From Desulfobacterales bacterium (GTDB lineage Bacteria > Desulfobacterota > Desulfobacteria > Desulfobacterales > UBA5852), in the NCBI GenBank assembly GCA_963674755.2, contig CAXXVS010000002.1, positions 1,472,001 to 1,536,000 of the forward strand: a stretch of DNA of 64,000 bases, given 5' to 3'. This document shows positions 20,684 through 30,045 of this stretch, piece after piece. Each line of letters starts with the position of its first letter. Positions within the stretch are counted from its first letter, which is position 1. Under the pieces are notes generated by a model. It worked only from the letters and a program-made list of their open reading frames with translations. It was not told the origin of the DNA and ran no database searches. Made by a program: the position numbers and the translations under genes.

Positions 20684-21934
20684 TTAGGGATGCCGCCGCC
20701 CCCTGATCTTCCAGTGCAAGCCGGCAAACCAGAGAACGGCCAGCACCTGCAGCGCGAGCAGCAGCCCGAAACCGGCCCGGTAGCCTTCCGGGGCATAGCC
20801 GGTGAGGGTGTTGGGCCATTGATCGATGACCGCGCCGACGCCCCATTGCGCGCCGAAGGCGGCCACGAAGACCAGCAGGTTGAGGCCGGTGTTGACCCGG
20901 CCGGCCAGATCGGCCGGGAAGCGCTGGGAAAGATCGGCGTAGACCAGAATGCCGCTGGTGCCGGAAAATCCGAATACGATCCAGAGCAGCATGGGGGGCA
21001 GGCGCCATTGCAGCATGATCGCGGCCTGGCAGGACATGAAAAGCAGCATGCCCGCAGCGGCCACCGTCATGGGACGGATACCGGCGCGGCTGAGACGTTC
21101 GGCCACGGTTCCCATAAAAATATAGCCGGCCACCATGCCGGCCGCCGTGGCGAAGAGAACGCCCGCCACGGCACCCCGCTCCAACCCGGCCACGTCCCGC
21201 AGCCAGGGGCCGGCCCACAGGCTCTGCAGCGCCATGAAGGTGGCCTGGGAAAGGGTGGCCCAAGGCGCCGCCCGCCAGAACACCGGACTGGAGAAGATTC
21301 GCCATACGCCGCGTCCCTGGTCGCGCAGCGAGGCCGCCGGCGCTGTAACCGGCTTGTCCGGCACCACCCCCCAGATCACGATCGCCACCAGCACCGTCAA
21401 AACGGTCAGTCCGGTAAAAAGGCCCCGCCAGTCGGTCACCGACAGCAGGAATTCCACCGGTGCGGTAGCGGACATGGCACCCAGTCCGCCGGAGGCCATC
21501 TGGATACCGTTGACCAACGGCAGCTGGCGGCGCGGAAACCACTGCACGAAGGCCTTGAAGGCCGCCATCAGACAGGCGGAGACCCCGAAACCGATCAGGG
21601 CGCGGCCCACGACGACTTCCGTCAGGGTGGTGCCGCGGGCGAACAGCAAAGCGCCGGCCGCGGCAACGAGCAGCAGCAAGGCTTCGATGCGCCGGGGACC
21701 GAAACGATCCAGCAGGACCCCAAGGGGCAGCTGGGCCGAAGCGAAGGCGATGAAATAGGCCGCCGTCAACAGCCCCAGAGCAGACGGGGCGATTCCCAGG
21801 TCCAGGGCCAGATTGGGGGCGATGACCGCATTCACCGTCCGGAAGAGATAGGAGAGAAAATACCCGCCGGCAAAGGGCAGGAAGATGCGCAGATGGAAGG
21901 CAAAGGCGTGTTGGCTCATCGGGATGGTATCCAC
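20684..21934 (-). CDS. MFS transporter
   Basis: About 12 hydrophobic segments; MFS motif A GVLLDRFGPRR; R.LIG.G in helix 4. Confidence 0.9.
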   Translation of the reverse strand: MDTIPMSQHAFAFHLRIFLPFAGGYFLSYLFRTVNAVIAPNLALDLGIAPSALGLLTAAYFIAFASAQLPLGVLLDRFGPRRIEALLLLVAAAGALLFARGTTLTEVVVGRALIGFGVSACLMAAFKAFVQWFPRRQLPLVNGIQMASGGLGAMSATAPVEFLLSVTDWRGLFTGLTVLTVLVAIVIWGVVPDKPVTAPAASLRDQGRGVWRIFSSPVFWRAAPWATLSQATFMALQSLWAGPWLRDVAGLERGAVAGVLFATAAGMVAGYIFMGTVAERLSRAGIRPMTVAAAGMLLFMSCQAAIMLQWRLPPMLLWIVFGFSGTSGILVYADLSQRFPADLAGRVNTGLNLLVFVAAFGAQWGVGAVIDQWPNTLTGYAPEGYRAGFGLLLALQVLAVLWFAGLHWKIRGRRHP

Positions 21935-22326
21935 TGTTCGCAGCCGGGCGGTTTTCCATGATCAGGCGCATCGACGGTGCCACGATTGGGTGGGGAAGTC
22001 AAAAGGAAAACCGGGCGGCTTGCCTGACGGTCGTGCCCCGGCATCGGGGCCGGCGCCCTGCTTGCCTCTTGACGGCGGGGCCTCAGGTATCCATATATAG
22101 GAACGCGCATCCGCCGTTCTTCCCACTGCCCACCGAGGCCGCTTTAGCGGCGCTTCCCTTTTACCCATCATCGCGGATGATCGCAGTGTCATGCCCGGTC
22201 GCGGACGATTTGCGGATGGGGTCTGATCGACCCCTCCGGCGCGCAGGTCCCTCTGTTTTTGGCAAAAGGCGTCATTGCCCGTTTTAACGCCCCATTTCAC
22301 CGCTTGTCATGCGAAAGGAGGTCCCC

Positions 22327-22710
22327 ATGTCCATGTCACGGCGTCTCAGTATCGCGATTCTCTGTGCAGCCGCATTGCTTTTAATGATCGGGTGCGCCAC
22401 GGTGCGGTTTACGCCCACCGGGGAGTCCCGTCCCGCCTACGCGGGCGCGGTCAAAATTTTGAAGGCCTACCCGGAAAAGGGCACCTATGACGAAATCGGC
22501 TGGGTATCCGCCGACGGTGATTTCAATACCCCCTGGTCGCAGCTGCTGGGCCTGCTGCAGAAGGAGGCAGCGGCCCACGGCGCCAACGCCATCGTTATCG
22601 AAGAAAAATTCACCACCCAGATGGACACGCCCCAGTACAGCGTGGGCGTCAACCAGCAAAACGACGTGCGCTCCGTGACAGCGGTGGCGATTCGGGTCAA
22701 CGCCCCCTGA
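22327..22710 (+). CDS. Small putative lipoprotein (YbjQ-like fold possible)
   Basis: AAGGAGG RBS; lipobox-like LMIGC; YDEIG.V and EAAAHGANAIVI. Confidence 0.65.
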   Translation: MSMSRRLSIAILCAAALLLMIGCATVRFTPTGESRPAYAGAVKILKAYPEKGTYDEIGWVSADGDFNTPWSQLLGLLQKEAAAHGANAIVIEEKFTTQMDTPQYSVGVNQQNDVRSVTAVAIRVNAP

Positions 22711-22881
22711 GCCCCTGGGCGATCCCCGGTCGATACACGTTTGACGGGCCCCAGGACATGCTCACGCGCGGAATCGTTGCCATTGCCCCTCGTTTCTGAT
22801 AATCGTTCCTGATTAATGGCGGACTGCTCTTTTCCGTTATGGGCAGCGCCTGCCGTTCAATCATCTTAAGCGAGGTATGCC

Positions 22882-23862
22882 ATGAATTCATCCCGCCCAG
22901 CACCGCCTGTTCACCAGCTTCCCGGAATACCAGCGCCGGGTGCCATGAACCGGCGCAGCTTCTTGAAACACAATGCCCGTCTGCTGCTGTGGACCTGTGC
23001 CGTCACGGCCGGGCTGCGGCTGCCCCGGGTAAAGGCGGCTGATCCGGTGCCGGATATCGCCGTGGCCGTGGGTAGCCGGGTGCCGGCCACCCGGGCCGCG
23101 GTGGACCTGCTGGGCGGCATGGGGCGGTTCGTAAAACCCGGCCAGAAGGTGGTGATCAAGCCCAATATGAGTTTTGGCGGCGGTCCCGAAGACGGCACCG
23201 ACACCCACCCGGATATCATCCGCGAACTGGTGACCCTGTGCAAGGAAGCCGGTGCGGCGCGCGTCCGGGTGCTGGACCACACCCTGCGGCGGGAGGAGCG
23301 CTGTATCGAAGGCGTTCAAAAGGCCTGCGAGCTGTACGGCGACGACGTCGTCCAGGCGGTCTCCCGCAGCCGTTTCTTCAAGGCCGCGGCCATTCCGGAA
23401 GGCCACCAGATGCGGGAAACCGATGTGATGCGGGACGTGCTCGAGGCCGATGTCCTGATCGCCGCCCCGGTGGCCAAGTCTCATTCGGGCTCCGGGGTCA
23501 GCCTGTCCATGAAGGGCATGATGGGGCTCATCTACAATCGGGGCGTCATGCACAGCCGCTACGACTTGCATGAATCCATCGTGGATCTGGCCTCCCTGCT
23601 GAAGCCGGCCCTGGTGGTGGTGGACGGCTCCCGGGTCCTGAGCACCCATGGCCCGGGAGGCCCGGGACTCGTGCTCAAGAGCGATACCATCATCGCCTCG
23701 GCGGACATGGTGGCGGCCGATGCCCAGGCCGTGGCCATGTTCGAGTGGTACGGGCGCAAGCTGCAGCCCCGCAACGTGAAACACATCCGCATCGCCCACG
23801 AGCGCGGGCTGGGACGCATGGATGTGGAAAACCTGACACGCAAGCAAGTCCAGGTCGGATGA
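22882..23862 (+). CDS. Tat-exported DUF362 domain protein (alternative start 22945)
   Basis: NRRSFLK twin-arginine signal; LGGMGRFVKPGQKVVIKPN, THP, P.AKSH, D.VAADA. Confidence 0.85.
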   Translation: MNSSRPAPPVHQLPGIPAPGAMNRRSFLKHNARLLLWTCAVTAGLRLPRVKAADPVPDIAVAVGSRVPATRAAVDLLGGMGRFVKPGQKVVIKPNMSFGGGPEDGTDTHPDIIRELVTLCKEAGAARVRVLDHTLRREERCIEGVQKACELYGDDVVQAVSRSRFFKAAAIPEGHQMRETDVMRDVLEADVLIAAPVAKSHSGSGVSLSMKGMMGLIYNRGVMHSRYDLHESIVDLASLLKPALVVVDGSRVLSTHGPGGPGLVLKSDTIIASADMVAADAQAVAMFEWYGRKLQPRNVKHIRIAHERGLGRMDVENLTRKQVQVG

Positions 23863-25499
23863 CACTCCAGCGCTTCGTGCAGGTCGTCAGCCTGACGCTG
23901 TTTCTGCTCCTGCTGACCGGTGCCGCCCTCCATTACAGCGGCTGGCTGCCCCTCGATATGTTTCTGGGGCTCGATCCGGCGGCCGCCCTCCTGACCGGGC
24001 TCGCCGCCCGGGTGTGGCTGGGCACTTTCCTGGCGGCCCTGGCCCTCCTGGTGCTGACCGGGCTAGTGGGCCGGTTCTTCTGCGGCTACCTCTGCCCCCT
24101 GGGCACCCTGATCGACGGCGCGGAGGCCTGTCTGCGCCAACCCGCGGCGGCCAGACCCGGCCTGCCCCCCCAATGGCGCCGCGCTAAATACGCGCTGCTG
24201 GTCTTTTGTGTCGCCGCGGCCTCGGCCGGCTTGTCACTGGCCTTTCTGGTGGCCCCCATCCCGCTGGTAACACGCTTTGTGGCCCTGACCATTCTGCCCG
24301 CCCTGCAGCTGCTGGCCGACGGGCTGCTCCAGCTGGTGGCCCCCCTGGCCGACCGGTTCGATCTCACCCGTCTGCTCTATCTCCAACTGCCCCTGCCGCG
24401 CTTTGACCTGCAATGGGTCACCCTGCTGCTGGTGCTGCTCATTCTGGCCAGCGGCCGCTGGTGGTCCCGCCTCTGGTGCCGCTGCCTCTGCCCGGCAGGC
24501 GCCCTGATGGCCCTTTGTGCCCAACGCCCGCTGGTACGCCGCCGGGTCAGCGAGGACTGCATCGACTGCGGCCTGTGCGCCCGCCGCTGCCCCACGGCGG
24601 CCATCGGCGACGATCCCCGCCTTACCGCCCATGGGGAATGCATCACCTGCCAGACCTGCCGCCGGGTGTGCCCGACCGGGGCCGTAAAATTTTCCTTTGC
24701 CCCGGCCAAGCCCGTGGCGGAAAAACCTGGTGTTATCCTTTCCCGTCGGGGGCTAATGGTAACCGCGGCCTGCGGCCTGGGCAGCGCCGCCATCACCCTG
24801 ACCGGGGCCCGCCATCTGTTGGGGGAGACCGGCACCCGGCGCATCATTCCGCCGCATCTGATCCGCCCGCCCGGAGCCCGCCCCGAAAACGACTTTCTGC
24901 GGCGCTGCTACCGCTGCGGCGCCTGCCTGGCCGCCTGCCCCACCAACACCCTGCAGCCTTTCGGTCTGGACGCCGGCCTGCCGGGCCTGCTGACACCGGT
25001 GATAACGCCCCAGATAGGCCCCTGCGACCCCACCTGCACGGCCTGCGGTCAGGCCTGCCCCACCCGGGCCATTCGCGCCCTGCTCCCGTCCGAGCGCATC
25101 TGGGCCAAGGTGGGCACGGCCCACATCCTGCGCCAAAAGTGCCTGGCCTGGGAGTTCGACCGCAAGTGTCTGGTATGCGACGAGGTCTGCCCCTATGATG
25201 CCATCGAACTGCGACGCGAACCGGGCCTCAAGGTGGCCGTGCCCTTCGTGGTGGAGAACCGTTGCAGCGGCTGCGGCTTCTGCGAGCATCACTGTCCGGT
25301 GGAAGCCCAACCCGCCATCGTGGTGGCGCCCATGGAAGCCCTGCGTCTGTCGACGGGCTCTTACCGGCGGGAAGGCCGGGCCATCGGCCTGCGTCTCCGG
25401 CTGAGCACCCAGAAGAAAGTTGCCGGGGGGGATGAAACCGTCTATCCGGTGGATGAAGGCCAGAATGGGTCGGGGCTGCCGCCGGGGTTTTCAGAATAA
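23859..25499 (+). CDS. Membrane polyferredoxin (NapH/MauN-like membrane part fused to MauM/NapG-like ferredoxin domains)
   Basis: ATGA overlap with the DUF362 gene; GRFFCGYLCPLG, WCRCLCPAG, six CxxCxxCxxxCP-type clusters, IRPPGA. Confidence 0.88.
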   Translation: MTLQRFVQVVSLTLFLLLLTGAALHYSGWLPLDMFLGLDPAAALLTGLAARVWLGTFLAALALLVLTGLVGRFFCGYLCPLGTLIDGAEACLRQPAAARPGLPPQWRRAKYALLVFCVAAASAGLSLAFLVAPIPLVTRFVALTILPALQLLADGLLQLVAPLADRFDLTRLLYLQLPLPRFDLQWVTLLLVLLILASGRWWSRLWCRCLCPAGALMALCAQRPLVRRRVSEDCIDCGLCARRCPTAAIGDDPRLTAHGECITCQTCRRVCPTGAVKFSFAPAKPVAEKPGVILSRRGLMVTAACGLGSAAITLTGARHLLGETGTRRIIPPHLIRPPGARPENDFLRRCYRCGACLAACPTNTLQPFGLDAGLPGLLTPVITPQIGPCDPTCTACGQACPTRAIRALLPSERIWAKVGTAHILRQKCLAWEFDRKCLVCDEVCPYDAIELRREPGLKVAVPFVVENRCSGCGFCEHHCPVEAQPAIVVAPMEALRLSTGSYRREGRAIGLRLRLSTQKKVAGGDETVYPVDEGQNGSGLPPGFSE

Positions 25500-25511
25500 C
25501 CAGCCCGGCGG

Positions 25512-27119
25512 TCAGCCGCGCGCGGCGGGCCAGCCCGGAAGCCGCTCCAGCAGGCGTTTGATTTCCCGGATGCGCAGCCCGTACCCCAAAATAACCAGCA
25601 GGAGCAAAAAAACGCCGCTCACCAGGGCCACTGTAATCAGGCTGCCCAATGTCGTGGCGGAGGCCACGTGCGCCGCAATCCAGTAGCGCAGGAGCCTCAG
25701 GACGGCCCACAGCGGCAGGGAAAGCAGCACCATTTTCAGAAAAAACCGGTAGACGGCGCCACTGCCGGCATTGCGGCTGCGCCGGTTCCAGATGACGAAG
25801 AGCAGGGCCACCTGCGCCAGGGCCGAAAAGGATACCGCCAGGCCGACCCCTACGAGGCCCATCGATTGCATGCCGAGGTAGTAGAGCGGCACGCTCACGA
25901 TCACCGCCAGGGTGCCGTACAAGGCCGGCAGAAGGGTGTTTTGAGTGGCGTAAAAACCGCGGTTGACGGCGGTCTGGGAGGCGAAGGCCACCGCCCCCAG
26001 CATCAGGCACCCCAAAACCGGGGCCGTCATCAATACATCGCCGCGGGTGAAACGCCCCCGCATGTAGAGCAGGGTGACCACCTCCTCGCGCAGCACGATG
26101 ATCAGCACGGCGAAAGGCAATACAATGCACAGGTAGCGCAAGGTGTCGTTCAGGAGCTGGTTCATTTCGGCCAGGCGCCCTTCGGCGGCCATGCGCGTCA
26201 TGAAGGGATAGATCGCGATGCCCAGCGCCTGCCCGAAGAAGGCTACCAGCATCTGCATGATGCGCATGGCGTAATCGATCCAGGCGATGCTGCCCGGAGG
26301 CAAATAGCTGCCGAAGAACTTGGTGAAGATCTCGGTGGAAAACATCATGGTCAGCCCCAGCATCAGGGGCAGGGTCAGGCGCAGGTAACGCCACAGGTCG
26401 GAATGCCGCCAGTCCCAGAGCGGTGTGAAGCGCAGACCGACCCGGCGGGCGCCCTTGATCTGGAGGGCGAAATTGCCGATCAGCGCGCCGCCCAGGACAC
26501 CCCAGGCAAAGCCTTCCATGCCCAGGGATGAGGCCAGCAGAACACCCCCGGCGATGATCCCCAGGTTGTAGACCAGCGGCGCCAGGGCCGGGATAAAAAA
26601 CCGCTCCTGGGCGTACTGGACAGCCGCCATCAGGCCCCCGGCGAAAAAGAAGAACTGGGCGGGCAGGATGATGCGCGTCATACGCACGGTCATGGCCACA
26701 AAGGCCGGATCGCTGCGCCCCGGCGCCAAAACGGCGACCAATTGCGGCGTCAGCACCTCGGCCACGGCAATCAAAATGATCAGCAACGTACCGAATACCG
26801 TCATGATCAGCGAGAAGACCTGCCAGCCTTCCTCGGCACGGTCTTCCGCCAGATAGCCGGTGAAAATGGGGATAAAGGTGACCGCCATGAAGCCGCTGGC
26901 CACGATGTGGTTCAGGATTTCCGGTACGATGAAGGCCACCCGGTAGGCGTCCACGGCGGCGTCCGCGCCGGCCACCCCGGCAATGACCATTTCCCGGACC
27001 AGGCCCATGACGCGGCTGAGAAAAATGGACGCCATCATGATAGCGGAGGCAATCCCGATTTTCCGCCACAATCGGGCGGTTTTATCTTCGCTGGGCTTCG
27101 GGGCGGCAGAGGATGACAT
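25512..27119 (-). CDS. murJ: Lipid II flippase MurJ (MviN)
   Basis: SRVMGLVRE, DAYRVAF.VP, FIPIF, YAMRIMQ, RGFYATQNT..P; many TM segments. Confidence 0.9.
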   Translation of the reverse strand: MSSSAAPKPSEDKTARLWRKIGIASAIMMASIFLSRVMGLVREMVIAGVAGADAAVDAYRVAFIVPEILNHIVASGFMAVTFIPIFTGYLAEDRAEEGWQVFSLIMTVFGTLLIILIAVAEVLTPQLVAVLAPGRSDPAFVAMTVRMTRIILPAQFFFFAGGLMAAVQYAQERFFIPALAPLVYNLGIIAGGVLLASSLGMEGFAWGVLGGALIGNFALQIKGARRVGLRFTPLWDWRHSDLWRYLRLTLPLMLGLTMMFSTEIFTKFFGSYLPPGSIAWIDYAMRIMQMLVAFFGQALGIAIYPFMTRMAAEGRLAEMNQLLNDTLRYLCIVLPFAVLIIVLREEVVTLLYMRGRFTRGDVLMTAPVLGCLMLGAVAFASQTAVNRGFYATQNTLLPALYGTLAVIVSVPLYYLGMQSMGLVGVGLAVSFSALAQVALLFVIWNRRSRNAGSGAVYRFFLKMVLLSLPLWAVLRLLRYWIAAHVASATTLGSLITVALVSGVFLLLLVILGYGLRIREIKRLLERLPGWPAARG

Positions 27120-27287
27120 GCCCCCCTGTATAGGAGGGATCTCCGGCTTTGTCCACAAGAATGCCGCTGCCGCCCCGGCGGCGGCATTAGCCCTTGACCT
27201 CAGTCATCCGGGACCTTATGGGATAGAGAAAACAATCCGGAACACGCACGTTCCTCAAATTCGAGAACCAACCGAAAGCCTCTTCCC

Positions 27288-27956
27288 ATGCAGCTTGACG
27301 CCATGCTTTGCGACCTGGACGGCACCCTCCTGGACACCCTGACCGATCTGGCGGACGCCGCCAACCGGGTGCTGGCCGAAGCCGGCCTGCCGATCCACCC
27401 CCTCAGCGCCTACCGCGGGTTTATCGGTGACGGATCGCGCCGGCTGATCACCCGGGCCCTGCCCCAGGACCGGCGCAATCCGGATACCGTGGACGCCTTT
27501 CTGGAACGCTTCAAAGCCGACTACGGCGCCAACTGGAAATCCGCCACACGCCCCTACCCTGGCATCCGGGAGCTTTTGCAGACACTCACCCGCCGCGGCA
27601 TTCCCCTGGCGGTGGTGACCAACAAGCCCCAGGAATTTGCCGAATGCTGCCTGGCACACTTCTTTGCGGACGTGACCTTCCGGGCGGTCCGGGGACAGAC
27701 GGGGAACCGCCCGCTGAAGCCCGATCCGGCCCCGGCCCTGGATGCGGCGGCCCAGTTGGGGGTGGCGCCGGCAACCTGCCTCATGCTGGGGGACAGCGGG
27801 GTGGACATGCAAACCGCCCGGGGAGCCGGGATGCTGCCGCTGGGGGCGTCCTGGGGGTTTCGGCCGGTGGCGGAACTGACGGCCGCCGGCGCGGCGGGCA
27901 TCGCCCGGCATCCCCGGGAAGTTCTCGAATGGTTCCCACGAAGCGAAGCCCCATGA
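27288..27956 (+). CDS. HAD-family hydrolase, phosphoglycolate phosphatase-like
   Basis: DLDGTLLDT, VVTNK, KPDP, GDSGVD, WGFR. Confidence 0.88.
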   Translation: MQLDAMLCDLDGTLLDTLTDLADAANRVLAEAGLPIHPLSAYRGFIGDGSRRLITRALPQDRRNPDTVDAFLERFKADYGANWKSATRPYPGIRELLQTLTRRGIPLAVVTNKPQEFAECCLAHFFADVTFRAVRGQTGNRPLKPDPAPALDAAAQLGVAPATCLMLGDSGVDMQTARGAGMLPLGASWGFRPVAELTAAGAAGIARHPREVLEWFPRSEAP

Positions 27957-29698
27957 CCCCCAAGCCCTTCCCATCTCTGGTGCATGAAACCGTCGCCACC
28001 ATTGTGGACGGCTACCGCGCCTACCGGAACGATTTCCAGGCCATCACGGCCCGCGCCCTGGATCGCTTCGTGCGCTGTGACTGGAGCGGCATGCAGGACG
28101 ATGCGCTGGAACGGCTGGAGGCCTATCAGAAGGTTCTGACGTCGGTCGTGGCGGATCTCGACGGGATGCTGGGGCGCCAGGCCGCCGACCCCTCTTTCTG
28201 GGAAAAGGCCAAGGCCGGCATGGCCCGCGACATCGGGCAGGTGACGGATCCCGAACTGGCCGAAACCTTTTTCAATTCCGTGGTGCGCCGGCTGGCCAAC
28301 ATCATCGGGGCCGATCCGCGTTTGGAGTTTCTGCACGATGCCCCCCGCGCCCTGCCCGCCCCCCAGGCCAACCGCGATTTTCTGACGTTCCCGGCGGCCG
28401 GACGCTCTCTGGAAACGCTTTGCAGTGCCCTTCTCCATGAATCCCCCCTGGCCGGATATTTTCGGGACATCGAGCCCGAAGCCCGGCGCATGGCCGCCCA
28501 CCTGGCGCCCGTCTATGCGCAAGCCAGCGTATCCGGCGGCACCAAGGGCATCGATCGTCTGGAAATGCTGTCATCCCCCTTTTTCCGGGGGATGGGGGCC
28601 TATCTGATCGGACGGGTGGTGACCCATGAAGGCCTCACTCAGCCCCTGGCCATTGCCCTCGTCAGCGACAACCGCGGCATCCGCATCGATGGCCTGATCG
28701 ATGATACGGAAGGTCTTCGTCTGCTGTTCAGCTACACCCATTCCTACTTCCATGTCGCCACGGACCGGATCCGACCTCTGATCGCGTTTCTGCATCCCCT
28801 CCTGCCCCGCCGCCGCCTGGCCGAGCTCTATATTTCCATCGGCTTCAACCGCCACGGCAAGACCGAACTCTACCGCGATCTGGCCCGCCACCAGAACACC
28901 TGCCGCGATAGTTTCGACATCTCACCCGGCAAGCCGGGCATGGTCATGGCCGTGTTCAACATGCCCTCCGACGACCTGGTCTTCAAGATCATCCGCGACC
29001 ATTTCGCCCAGCCCAAGCACACCACCCGCCGGGAAGTGATGGCCAAGTATGCCTACATCTTCCGTCACGACCGGACCGGGCGCCTGCCGGATACCCAGAC
29101 CTTCGATCATCTCAAATTCGGGCGCGGCTGCTTCCACCCGCGCCTCATTCAGGAGCTGGAAACCACCGCGGCCCGCTCCGTCACCATCGACGGGGATGAC
29201 GTTACCATCCTGTTGGCCTATGTCGAGCGCCGGGTGCTGCCCCTCGACCTCTACCTGACCGAAGCCCCCCCCGAAGCCGCCCGGGCGGCCGTCATCGATT
29301 TCGGCCAGGCCATCAAGGACCTGGCCTGCAGCAATTTGTTCCCCGGCGATATGCTGCTGAAAAATTTCGGCGTCACCGGACTGGGCCGGGTGATCTTCTA
29401 CGACTTCGACGAAGTCTGCCCGCTGACGGATTGCCGCTTCCGGCGCAAACCGCCGGCGGTCTCCTACGAGGACGAACTGGCGGCGGAACCCTGGTATTAC
29501 GTGGCGGAAAACGATATCTTCCCGGAAGAATTCGAAAATTTTCTGGGCCTGACCGGGACGCTTAAAACGGCCTTTCTGGAACACCATGCCGATCTTCTGG
29601 GGGTGGACTTCTGGCGGCGGACCCAGGCGGAAATACGGGCCGGCAGACCGATTCATGTCTATCCCTACCAACGGTTCGCCGATCTGAAACCCCTCTGA
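27953..29698 (+). CDS. aceK: Bifunctional isocitrate dehydrogenase kinase/phosphatase
   Basis: ELAETFFNSV, HGKTELYRD, PGKPGMVMAVF, VFKIIRD.F, HDRTGRL.D, FPGDMLLKNFGVT, RVIFYDFDE; ATGA overlap with the HAD gene. Confidence 0.93.
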   Translation: MTPKPFPSLVHETVATIVDGYRAYRNDFQAITARALDRFVRCDWSGMQDDALERLEAYQKVLTSVVADLDGMLGRQAADPSFWEKAKAGMARDIGQVTDPELAETFFNSVVRRLANIIGADPRLEFLHDAPRALPAPQANRDFLTFPAAGRSLETLCSALLHESPLAGYFRDIEPEARRMAAHLAPVYAQASVSGGTKGIDRLEMLSSPFFRGMGAYLIGRVVTHEGLTQPLAIALVSDNRGIRIDGLIDDTEGLRLLFSYTHSYFHVATDRIRPLIAFLHPLLPRRRLAELYISIGFNRHGKTELYRDLARHQNTCRDSFDISPGKPGMVMAVFNMPSDDLVFKIIRDHFAQPKHTTRREVMAKYAYIFRHDRTGRLPDTQTFDHLKFGRGCFHPRLIQELETTAARSVTIDGDDVTILLAYVERRVLPLDLYLTEAPPEAARAAVIDFGQAIKDLACSNLFPGDMLLKNFGVTGLGRVIFYDFDEVCPLTDCRFRRKPPAVSYEDELAAEPWYYVAENDIFPEEFENFLGLTGTLKTAFLEHHADLLGVDFWRRTQAEIRAGRPIHVYPYQRFADLKPL

Positions 29699-29753
29699 GC
29701 CGGCCGTATACATCCTCGGCAGGAGATGACGGTTTATATAGCGAATGTTAAAA

Positions 29754-29775
29754 AGGCACCTTGTCAAGGGTGCCT
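29754..29775. terminator. Stem-loop downstream of aceK
   Basis: AGGCACCTTG-T-CAAGGGTGCCT (one bulged G), preceded by an A-run. Confidence 0.4.
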
Positions 29776-29823
29776 GCGGTAGTTACCTTCCTCTTTAAGC
29801 ATTCATCCCGTCGCGACGGTCGC

Positions 29824-29969
29824 TAGCGTTTATCCATCGATAGCATCTTTCGGCATCGGCCAGCGTTCGCACGCTCTGGAAATCCTTGCCCTAGCCCGGA
29901 TAGGCTTGCAGTTCCCAGGTCGCTACGGCCTTGGCCGGAACCAAAATCTACCGCTTCGGGACAGCGCTA
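29824..29969 (-). repeat. ~146-bp palindromic intergenic element, copy B (MITE/REP-like)
   Basis: Its reverse complement aligns end-to-end by eye with 33282-33426 (GGTAGATTTTGGTTCCGG.CAAGGCCG.AGC ... CCGGGCTA ... GAACGC ... AAAGATGC...G.TGGAT); bounded by TA at both ends. Confidence 0.75.
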
Positions 29970-30045
29970 TAAAATAAAATCCAGGTTTGACAACCGAAGA
30001 CAACCACCCCCCATCCCCAATCCGGGATAGTAAGGAGGCTCTTAC

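Noticed and set aside
21940..22320. ~390-bp divergent intergenic region with several short ORFs and small hairpins
   Set aside because: No RBS-supported ORF or recognisable RNA family; consistent with promoters and UTRs.
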